Below, piece after piece: positions 1-7,787 of a DNA stretch of 55,870 nucleotides. The translations under genes were made by a program, and so were the position numbers. The stretch lies in NCBI GenBank assembly GCA_049472355.1, contig JBLIRP010000011.1:1-55870 (forward strand), read 5' to 3'. Under the pieces are notes generated by a model, which worked only from the letters and a program-made list of their open reading frames with translations, was not told where the DNA came from and did not search any database. The stretch's first letter is position 1. Every line of letters begins with the position of its first letter. The stretch comes from a bacterium (GTDB taxonomy: Bacteria > SZUA-182 > DTGQ01 > JAFGSM01).

Positions 1-755
1 GTGCAATCGATCCGGATGGTATGCCAGGAACCGTCCAGAAATCCCCTGCCAAGGTAGACATCTATCTCCAGGAGGTCCTCACGGGCAACGGATACCTTCG
101 GCGAGATACGATACCTGCCGGTGGCAGTTTCTATCTCGACCCCTTCACCGGCGTCTGAAGGGGGCTGCAATGGGATGATCCTGAGGGTTACGTCCCTTCC
201 ACACCCCCTCCCCGTCACGGTAAGCTCGAAGATGTCCCAGACATCGATGCCCAGGGGGGCCCGGAAATCGAAGCTGAGGATCCCGTTTTCCGCAAGGCTG
301 ATCCCCGGTTCTCCTGCCGGATTCGCCGGGGATGGTGGGGTAAACAGGGAGCGGCGTATCGATTTCCCCCCTGAGAAGGTGGAAAAAAGAAAGATGGATG
401 CAGGCCGTTGCACGTCGAGGACCCGGCTGCCCTGCTGCAGGTCAAGGAGGGTTGTAAACACATTGACGAATCCCAGGCCGAAGCCGTAGATTGGATACGA
501 AGGCTCCAGGAGTTGCCACCCCTGGTTCAAGGGGCCGTCCCAGTATTCAAAGGCATCGACCAGGATGTCCCCTTCCTCGGTAACAATCCCTTCCCAGGCT
601 GGGGAAACATCTCCCCTTGAACTATTTGAACTAATGGATTGGAAAAACGGGGGATATCCCACCGGGCTGCGCGCAGCAGCAGGAAATGAAGGGATACATG
701 CAAGGAGCAGAAAAACAAGAAATGTACCGGTAAAGACTCTTGCAGCAGAGTTCAT
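1..755 (-). CDS. Secreted protein of unrecognised family, paralog of 1701..4046; 3' part runs off the window
   Basis: Not in the ORF track because it has no stop in the window. Manual translation from ATG 755 (AAGGA RBS upstream): MNSAARVFTGTFLVFLLLACIPSFPAAARSPVGYPP...SPAWEGIVTEEGDILVDAFEYWDGPLNQGWQLLE...DLQQGSRVLDV...YLGRGFLDGSWHTIRIDC, collinear with the 1701..4046 protein. Signal-peptide-like N-terminus. Confidence 0.9.
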   Translation of the reverse strand, partial: MNSAARVFTGTFLVFLLLACIPSFPAAARSPVGYPPFFQSISSNSSRGDVSPAWEGIVTEEGDILVDAFEYWDGPLNQGWQLLEPSYPIYGFGLGFVNVFTTLLDLQQGSRVLDVQRPASIFLFSTFSGGKSIRRSLFTPPSPANPAGEPGISLAENGILSFDFRAPLGIDVWDIFELTVTGRGCGRDVTLRIIPLQPPSDAGEGVEIETATGRYRISPKVSVAREDLLEIDVYLGRGFLDGSWHTIRIDC

Positions 756-838
756 ACCATATTCCTTTCCGAAGGGGGGATTCGGAATCCTATGAAAAGC
801 TACTATATAGTATATCCATATTTTTCCAGATATGCAAT

Positions 839-866
839 AATAACATCTCCGCAATAACATCTCCGC
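839..866. repeat. Perfect 14-bp tandem duplication (AATAACATCTCCGC x2)
   Basis: Copies at 839-852 and 853-866, inside the leader that is conserved between the two paralogs. The other leader has a single related copy. Confidence 0.9.
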
Positions 867-1307
867 ACATGCGTTATAATGATGTAAATCTTCGGATTTT
901 TTGCATATGACTCTCAGAAAAATAACATGTATATGCAGCAGACATGACGGCCCCCAATACTTACCTTGAGACTCAACCTTTAAAAGAGGATAGACACAGG
1001 GAGAGGAGAGACAGTACAGGGGATGCATTCATGGGTCTTCAATTCATACAGGGGGACCGCAGCACTACCGCTTCCTTGTGAGGAGAGGCTGGCGGGCGAG
1101 ATCCGGCGCTGAGGGGCGAGCTCCCAATCCAGCCATTCACCAGGCAGTCCCCTTTCGACATTACGTCGTTGCAGGCGCATATTGTTACGGGAGAGAAGGG
1201 AGGGATTGAGGGGGAACGAAGCGACTGTCGAGAAAAACATATTGAAAAAATTGCGTAAATGGGTTATAAATGGTATATTCTGAAAAAAGGGCTGGATATA
1301 TACCACA

Positions 1308-1697
1308 ATGACAGATTATGGTAAGAATTGCATCAATCGAATCCTTTCATTATTCAAGCGGGAGGATCATCGCCCCTGGGGATACTACCGTGTGCTGAGC
1401 GATGGGAAGACGCACAAGGTAAAGAGGATCGTAATATACCCGGGGAAGCGGCTGAGCCTCCAGCGCCACCGCAGACGCGCGGAGCACTGGTATATCCTGC
1501 ACGGAAAGGCGCTCATAACCCTGGATGACCGTCGGTTCTCCCTGAGCGACGGCCAGTCCACGGACATCCCTCTCGGCTCCCTGCACCGGATCGAAAACAA
1601 CGGCCCCGATCCCCTCACCCTCATCGAGGTCCAGACCGGCGAGTACTTCGGCGAGGACGACATCGAGCGAATCGAGGACGATTTCGGAAGGGTATAG
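1308..1697 (+). CDS. Stand-alone phosphomannose isomerase type II C-terminal cupin-domain protein
   Basis: Motifs RPWGYY, VKRIVIYPGKRLSLQRHRRRAEHW, HRIEN and IEVQTGEYFGEDDIERIEDDFGR match the ManC/PMI-II cupin domain. Confidence 0.9.
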   Translation: MTDYGKNCINRILSLFKREDHRPWGYYRVLSDGKTHKVKRIVIYPGKRLSLQRHRRRAEHWYILHGKALITLDDRRFSLSDGQSTDIPLGSLHRIENNGPDPLTLIEVQTGEYFGEDDIERIEDDFGRV

Positions 1698-1700
1698 GGA

Positions 1701-4046
1701 TCAGTAGCTCCACCAGGGCTTCACCTCGACGATGCATGCCGCCTGGTCGTAGCCCCCCCTGATATCGTAGAACTTGATCTCCACCTGGTAGGTCCCTGGG
1801 AAGAAACTCTGGAATTTCCAGAGGAACGATCCGTCCGGTGCGCGGCTCAAGGCGCCTATATTGCAGGAGGCATACACCTGGTCCCCGTCAGGGTGCTCCA
1901 CCCGGATGTCCGGCGCCGTGAGCACGATTTCCTCCCCTGCCCTCACAACCAACGGCCGGCTCGGACTCTCCAGGATAACGGGGGAATGATTCGACCCGGT
2001 TCCCCTGTCCAGCACGAATATGGAAAAATTGGCAAATCCAACCGCACCCCGTGCATCAGTGCAGTTGATCACCACATCGTGGACGGCCTCTTTTTTTGGG
2101 ACAAAGCTGATCAGGCCGGTGGAGGGGTCGATGAAGGTTGGCCACGGCATGTACCAGGGTATAAAGGGTGGTAAAAGGCCGCTAATGGTCCCACCCCATA
2201 CGAACCCCTCCATGTCGGTCCTGTATGACGCGGATACGGGAAATCCGGGGGTATGCGTGGGTACTGCAGGCTCAGCAAGGGAGAATATAAAGCAGTCCGG
2301 GTCGATGAAATTCACCTGGTATTCCCCCTTCTCCCCTGTATAGAAGACCTGCTCTTCGAAGGGAAGCTGGGCCACCGGGGGGTAGTTCTCCACACGGTAG
2401 TCGACCACAGCGATAAAAACGGTGCACCTGTCCGAGTGGACCCCATCGGTGACCTCCATGTCCAGGACCAGATCCTCATAATCCATCGGGGTGTAGTCGA
2501 AATAGGCGATCATGGGCCACACGGTCACACCGGCATTCCAGAGCGCGCTTTCCAGGATGAACACGAGGTCGGGACGATAGAACGGCTTGCCGTAGGTTTC
2601 TGCGACCCTTATGGGGTCGTAGTATTCCGGCAGGTAGGTGGGCATGCCGTCGTAGGGATAGATGGCAAGGGGATTCACCAAGGACATGATGTCTACTGCG
2701 CAATACCCTCTTATGACGGTAGCGTTCCAGCCCAGGGTCCCCTGGTCGATGATCGACTGCGCCACAGGACCGGGGCCCGATGCCTGAAGCCGGAGGTTGG
2801 GATCCGCAAAGATGGGAAGGTTGAGGTCAACGGTGAAGTCCCTGTCCAGGATGTCGCTGATGGCGGGATCGGCATCCACCCCGAACAGGTTGGGATCCGC
2901 GCCCAGATCGGTCCAGTACCTCACCACCGGATCATTGGGATCGTTGGGGTCCTCGACAAATATGAAATTTGCGGGATTGAGCATCAGGTCGCAGATTTCG
3001 CTGACCTCTGCAGGCCGGCCCTGAACATCGTAAACAGTGAACGGCTCTGCCTTGTAGTCGGCGATAAAAAGGTACCGATAGGGCTCGAAAATCTCGGCAT
3101 ACAGGGGGCCCGTCTCAAAAAGGTTCGGGTACTGCATTCGCATCCCCTGATGCATATATTCCGGCCTTCTGAAAAGGATATTGTCCAGCCTGAACATCAT
3201 CCGGCCGCTCACCACGATGGCATCCGCCCAATCCATGCACCATTCGCCAGGATCAAGCCCCTCCCCTTCCACCGCATCCTCCACCGTCTCCGGGCAATCG
3301 ATCCGGATGTCGTGCCATAAGCCGTCCAGGAATCCCCTGCCAAGGTACACCTTCACCTCCAGGAGACCCTCACCGGCAACGGACACCAAGGGCACGATGC
3401 GGTACATGCCTGAGGCGGTGTGCATCTCGGCACCTTCCCCGGCTTCGGAAGGCGGCTCCATGGAGATGAGCCTGAGGACAACCTTCCTCCCGCCCCCCTT
3501 CCCCGTTACGGTCATATCAAAGATGTCCCGATCCTGGGTTCCCAGCGGTGCCCTGAAATCGAGGCTGAGTACGGGGTTCTCCGCAAGGCTGACCCAAGCT
3601 TGCCCCTCCAGATGCATAGCGGAGGGAGGGGTAACAAGCGGGCGGCGTATCGACTCCCCCTGGTTTAAGGTGGAAAGAAGAAAGACGGAGGCGGGCCTTC
3701 GAACGTCGAGGACCCTGGTTCCCTGCTGGAGGTCAAGGACTGTGGCAAACACGCCGACGAATCCCATGCCGAACCCGTAGGTGACATAGGGGGACTCCAG
3801 GAGCTGCCACCCGTGCTCCAGGGGGCTCTCCCAGTATTCGAAGGCGTCCACGAGGATGTCCCCTTCGTCGATAGCAATCCCTTCCCAGGCCGGAGAGAGA
3901 AGCCCCTTTGGGGGAATCCTCCCTCCCCACGTGTAAATGGGGGGATATCCGATCGGGATTTGCGCGGCAGCGGGAAATGGAAGGATGATCGCAAGGAGCA
4001 CGGAAACAAGGAAACAGAGGGTGACACCTTGTGCGGGAGAACTCAT
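1701..4046 (-). CDS. Large acidic secreted/surface protein of unrecognised family with probable C-terminal Ig/cadherin-like repeats
   Basis: ORF track gives 1701..4271. Start moved to ATG 4046 (AAGGA RBS, signal peptide ...LAIILPFPAAA, and agreement with the paralog start). DPNDPNDP repeats, NYPPV / IDPSTGLISF / NHSPVI Ig-like hallmarks, C-terminus VKPWWSY. Confidence 0.85.
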   Translation of the reverse strand: MSSPAQGVTLCFLVSVLLAIILPFPAAAQIPIGYPPIYTWGGRIPPKGLLSPAWEGIAIDEGDILVDAFEYWESPLEHGWQLLESPYVTYGFGMGFVGVFATVLDLQQGTRVLDVRRPASVFLLSTLNQGESIRRPLVTPPSAMHLEGQAWVSLAENPVLSLDFRAPLGTQDRDIFDMTVTGKGGGRKVVLRLISMEPPSEAGEGAEMHTASGMYRIVPLVSVAGEGLLEVKVYLGRGFLDGLWHDIRIDCPETVEDAVEGEGLDPGEWCMDWADAIVVSGRMMFRLDNILFRRPEYMHQGMRMQYPNLFETGPLYAEIFEPYRYLFIADYKAEPFTVYDVQGRPAEVSEICDLMLNPANFIFVEDPNDPNDPVVRYWTDLGADPNLFGVDADPAISDILDRDFTVDLNLPIFADPNLRLQASGPGPVAQSIIDQGTLGWNATVIRGYCAVDIMSLVNPLAIYPYDGMPTYLPEYYDPIRVAETYGKPFYRPDLVFILESALWNAGVTVWPMIAYFDYTPMDYEDLVLDMEVTDGVHSDRCTVFIAVVDYRVENYPPVAQLPFEEQVFYTGEKGEYQVNFIDPDCFIFSLAEPAVPTHTPGFPVSASYRTDMEGFVWGGTISGLLPPFIPWYMPWPTFIDPSTGLISFVPKKEAVHDVVINCTDARGAVGFANFSIFVLDRGTGSNHSPVILESPSRPLVVRAGEEIVLTAPDIRVEHPDGDQVYASCNIGALSRAPDGSFLWKFQSFFPGTYQVEIKFYDIRGGYDQAACIVEVKPWWSY

Positions 4047-4335
4047 ACAATATTCCTTCACGAAGGAGACATGCGGAGCTTCATATTGTCTATTATAAAT
4101 TATATCCGCATGTTCCCGGATTCGCAAGAATAACATGTCCTCGTATGCGCAATAATGATCAACGTTTTTGGATTCATCGCATATGAATCCGGCATTGCCG
4201 CCCCTGGCCCGACTTGTTTGACGAACCCCTCGGATATTGATATTGTATAGTGTTCGCGGAGAATGAGCCACTCGTGGGCTTCCACCCCTTTTTCGGAATC
4301 GTTTAATTCAGGACTCGATATAAAGGAGCGCATGG

Positions 4336-7032
4336 ATGAGTACACTCAGAAGAACCGTCCTCTATGATCGTCATGTGTCTTTGGGCGCCAACATCGTGGA
4401 TTTCTGCGGATGGGAGATGCCCATCTTCTATCCCGTCGGCATTGTGCAGGAACACCTGGCCACACGAAAGGGTGCGGGTCTTTTCGATGTATCCCACATG
4501 GGTCGTTTCATCGTCCGGGGCTCAGGTGCGCTGCGATTCCTCCAACATGTTCTGACCAACAATGCCGAGGCCCTCAACATCAGGGAGACCGGGGCCCAGT
4601 ACACCCTGATTCCCAATGAAACGGGAGGGGCCGTGGATGACGCCTACCTGTATCGATTCGTGGAGGATGAATACCTTCTGGTGGTGAACGCGGCAAACCG
4701 GGACAAGGACTGGAAACACCTGCAGGCGCTGCTGAAGGGATTCAAGGACGTGGAAATGATCGACCGGTCCGAGGAGATTGCCATGATCTCGCTGCAGGGA
4801 CCCCATTCCCGCACCATCCTCGAGGAGATCGCGGAGTCGGGTCCCCTCCCCGAGCCGGCCAGGAACACGGTGAGCATCTTCACCATTGCAGGCTCATCCG
4901 TGAAGGTCGCACGCACCGGATACACCGGGGAGCCGCTCTGTTTCGAATTCTTCATCGACAGGGATGATGCACCTATGATCTGGGACCTGATCCTTTCCAA
5001 GGGGGCGACCCCGGTAGGATTAGGGGCGCGGGACACCCTCCGCCTGGAGGCGGGACTCCCCTTGTACGGCCACGAGATGGGGACCGACCCGGAGGGCAAG
5101 GAGATCCCCATCATGGCCTGTCCCCTCTCCAAATTCGCGGTGAGCTTCTCCCCCCTGAAGGGGGAGTTCGTAGGCCGGGAACCACTCACCAGGCAGCACC
5201 AGGCACTTACCCGGATCCTCTTCCGGGACTATTCCCTCATTGATGATCTTCCCCGGATGAGCAGGAACATTGCGGTTGCAGGAAAAGGGGTGGCCCGGGA
5301 AGGGGCCAAGGTGTTCAAGGGAGAACGGCTGGTGGGGTACGTGACCAGCGGCACCATGGTCCCCCTGTGGCGCGTGGAGGGTGAGGGGCTGGAGTCGGTG
5401 CAGACCGAGACGCATCAGCTTCGTTCCATCTGCATCGGATACATCGACAGCGACATCCTGGACGAGGAGCGGCTGAGGGTGGAGATTCGGGGAAAGATGG
5501 TCGATGCGGTGGTGGTGCCCCACCACATGAGAAGCGATGCCCCGCCCTATTCCCGGCCTATCCTGTACGACCACCACCTGGAGGAGGAAACCCCCTCCGA
5601 AGGGGACGTCTCTGCGAAGGTGCGCAGGCTCCTTCACGAAAGCGCCGCAAACACCCTCTGGCGCCAGCGGGAGTGCGTCAACCTCATCCCCTCGGAGATG
5701 ACCCTCTCCCCGATGGTACGCCTGCTTTCCGTGATGGACCCGGCGTTCCGCTATGCAGAGCACAAGAAGGTAAAGGCATTCTACGATGCGGAGGTCTTCT
5801 ACTACCAGGGCACCGAGTTCATCGGCGAGGTGGAACGGCTGGTCGAGGCGGAGATGCGGCGGTTCATTGGATGCGAGGAGGTGGAGACACGCCTCATCAG
5901 CGGGCAGATGGCGAACGCCGTGGTGTTCAGCGCCATGGTGGACTATATAAACCGCGGCGACCGGAAGAGCGAGCCGCGCCGCATCCGGCAGGTGATGAAC
6001 AACCACATCGGCAAGGGCGGGCACCTGAGCGCCCAGCCCATGGGGGCCTTGAAGGACTTCGTGGCAAGGGACCCCCGCACCGAGCGGCCCGCGGTGGTCA
6101 ATTTCCCCATGCTCGAAGGAAATCCCTATAAAATGGACCTTCCGGCCACCCTCGCATTGATCGACGAATACCGGCCGGAGCTCATCATATTCGGCAAGAG
6201 CATGGTCCTGCACAGGGAGCCGGTCGCCGAGATCCGCTCGTTCCTTGATGCTCAGCGGATCGATGCGGTGGTCATGTACGACATGGCCCACGTGCTCGGG
6301 CTGATCGGGCCCCATTTCCAGCAGCCCTTTGTCGAAGGCGCCGACATCGTCACCGGATCGACCCACAAGACCTTCTTCGGCACCCAGCGCGGGGTCATCG
6401 GCAGCCGCTACAGGGAAGAGGAGGAGCGGTATGCGCTCTGGGAGGCGGTCACCAGAAGGGCGTTTCCCGGATCGGTGTCCAACCACCACCTGGGCACCCT
6501 GCTCGGGCTGCTCATGGCCGCATACGAGATGAACCACTTCAAGGAAGAATACCAGTCCAAGGTCATCGCCAATGCCAAGGCATTCGCCCGGGCGCTCAAG
6601 CAGGAAGGGCTGGATGTGGCAGGGGACCCGAAGATTGATTTCACCGAGACCCACCAGGTGGTGGTGAACGTGGGATACGGCCATGGCCCGGACATCGCCC
6701 GGCGGTTGGAGGAGAACAACATCATCTGCAACTACCAGGCGGCCCCCGACGAGGAGGGGTTCACCGCCTCGGGCGCCCTGCGCATGGGGGTGTCCGAGAT
6801 GACGCGCTTCGGCATGGACGGGGAGGGATTCCGGACCCTGGCCGGTCTCATAAGGGATGTCGTGGTAAAGGATGCACGGGTCGCCGACAAGGTCAAGCAA
6901 CTTCGTGCGGGCTTCCTGGAATTGCGGTACTGCTTTTCCGGGAAGGAATACGAGGATCTCGTCCAGAAACTCCACGGGCTCATTTTAGGGGGCAAGTTAC
7001 TGAGAGATTGTAAAAAAGCTACCCATCATTAG
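4336..7032 (+). CDS. gcvT: Glycine cleavage aminomethyltransferase GcvT fused to serine hydroxymethyltransferase (GcvT-GlyA)
   Basis: N-half: GLFDVSHMG, ARTGYTGE, GLGARDTLRLEAGLPLYGHE, GYVTSG (GcvT). C-half: NLIPSE, YYQG, GGHLS, DMAHVLGLI, GSTHKT (PLP lysine), LRMG (SHMT). AAGGAG RBS. Confidence 0.92.
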   Translation: MSTLRRTVLYDRHVSLGANIVDFCGWEMPIFYPVGIVQEHLATRKGAGLFDVSHMGRFIVRGSGALRFLQHVLTNNAEALNIRETGAQYTLIPNETGGAVDDAYLYRFVEDEYLLVVNAANRDKDWKHLQALLKGFKDVEMIDRSEEIAMISLQGPHSRTILEEIAESGPLPEPARNTVSIFTIAGSSVKVARTGYTGEPLCFEFFIDRDDAPMIWDLILSKGATPVGLGARDTLRLEAGLPLYGHEMGTDPEGKEIPIMACPLSKFAVSFSPLKGEFVGREPLTRQHQALTRILFRDYSLIDDLPRMSRNIAVAGKGVAREGAKVFKGERLVGYVTSGTMVPLWRVEGEGLESVQTETHQLRSICIGYIDSDILDEERLRVEIRGKMVDAVVVPHHMRSDAPPYSRPILYDHHLEEETPSEGDVSAKVRRLLHESAANTLWRQRECVNLIPSEMTLSPMVRLLSVMDPAFRYAEHKKVKAFYDAEVFYYQGTEFIGEVERLVEAEMRRFIGCEEVETRLISGQMANAVVFSAMVDYINRGDRKSEPRRIRQVMNNHIGKGGHLSAQPMGALKDFVARDPRTERPAVVNFPMLEGNPYKMDLPATLALIDEYRPELIIFGKSMVLHREPVAEIRSFLDAQRIDAVVMYDMAHVLGLIGPHFQQPFVEGADIVTGSTHKTFFGTQRGVIGSRYREEEERYALWEAVTRRAFPGSVSNHHLGTLLGLLMAAYEMNHFKEEYQSKVIANAKAFARALKQEGLDVAGDPKIDFTETHQVVVNVGYGHGPDIARRLEENNIICNYQAAPDEEGFTASGALRMGVSEMTRFGMDGEGFRTLAGLIRDVVVKDARVADKVKQLRAGFLELRYCFSGKEYEDLVQKLHGLILGGKLLRDCKKATHH

Positions 7033-7043
7033 AAAAGAATAAA

Positions 7044-7355
7044 CTACAAATCAAGGGCGAAATATATGGCATTACTGATCTCTCTAAGTTTTTCCGACGA
7101 GAGAGTTGTAATTAAAGAACCAATTCTTCCTTTTGCCACTGTTTGTAAGTGATCACAATTGACAGCACAGTCTTTCGGCATGCCATCTTGAGAAGACAAG
7201 CGGACTTCACTCGGTATATCTCTTATTGTGGATGTAACTGGTGCAATTGTTACTTCTCCTAAATACTCCATCACCGAATCTCTTGTCAGGATCAGCACCG
7301 GCCGTTTTTTATCGGGAGTTTGAAACTTGTACCATCTGATTTCACCACGCTTCAT
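7044..7355 (-). CDS. PemK/MazF-family endoribonuclease toxin
   Basis: MKRGEIRW...KKRPVLILTRD...VTIAPVTSTIR...AVNCDHLQTVAK. Start at 7355 overlaps the antitoxin stop (TAATG). Confidence 0.9.
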   Translation of the reverse strand: MKRGEIRWYKFQTPDKKRPVLILTRDSVMEYLGEVTIAPVTSTIRDIPSEVRLSSQDGMPKDCAVNCDHLQTVAKGRIGSLITTLSSEKLREISNAIYFALDL

Positions 7356-7585
7356 TAATCGCCCCATATTTGTTCTGATTCCCAAATACTAAATTCAGAC
7401 CTGCGCACGGGCTTATCTTTGTATCCTTTTCTATGCTTTGCCTCTAACTGCTTAGTATTTAAGTGATTAACGGCATTCCACAAGGCCTCTCTCGCAAATG
7501 CGGATCGAGTAGTATGAAGTTTTTTTACTATTTGATCAAGTTCATTTACGAGCTCTTCATCTAAGGTCATTTGAATAGTCTTCAT
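7355..7585 (-). CDS. Ribbon-helix-helix (CopG-like) antitoxin
   Basis: MKTIQMTLDEELVNELD...TRSAFAREAL RHH pattern, GGGAGG RBS, coupled to the downstream PemK-like gene. Confidence 0.87.
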   Translation of the reverse strand: MKTIQMTLDEELVNELDQIVKKLHTTRSAFAREALWNAVNHLNTKQLEAKHRKGYKDKPVRRSEFSIWESEQIWGD

Positions 7586-7623
7586 GGATACCTCCCATAG
7601 CATAATATACATGATTTATAGCT

Positions 7624-7652
7624 ATAGTAATCCTCATAGTAATTAATGTCAA
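7624..7652 (-). promoter_or_regulatory. Sigma70-type promoter of the TA operon with overlapping direct repeats (candidate autorepression operator)
   Basis: Minus strand TTGACA-N17-TACTAT. ATTACTAT occurs twice (plus strand ATAGTAAT at 7624-7631 and 7636-7643). Confidence 0.65.
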
Positions 7653-7787
7653 GGTTAATGATGCATATGATCTCCCTTTCTGATCACATTCAAAAAGGTC
7701 GGCCTCTCTTCTGAGCCTGGGCGGTTTTTTTGCCGCGTCCCCCTATCCTCCGGACATGAGCACGAACCAGCAGCAACGCGAAATCCA

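Noticed and set aside
980..1306. 108-aa minus-strand ORF or ncRNA between paralog 1 and the cupin
   Set aside because: No RBS, motif or recognisable RNA family; it spans the likely divergent promoter region.
4047..4271. 75-aa N-terminal extension of the 856-aa ORF
   Set aside because: The paralog, RBS and signal peptide all point to ATG 4046, and this stretch aligns with the paralog's non-coding leader.
4200..4335. Glycine riboswitch upstream of gcvT
   Set aside because: The conserved GGAGA...CCGAAG...CUCUCAGG aptamer elements are not present in order.
5020..6975. 651-aa antisense ORF (likewise 40919..42307, 23832..24986, 29223..30308, 52768..53811, 2253..3320 and others)
   Set aside because: Shadow ORFs opposite well-supported genes, expected from GC3-rich codon usage, with no recognisable motifs.
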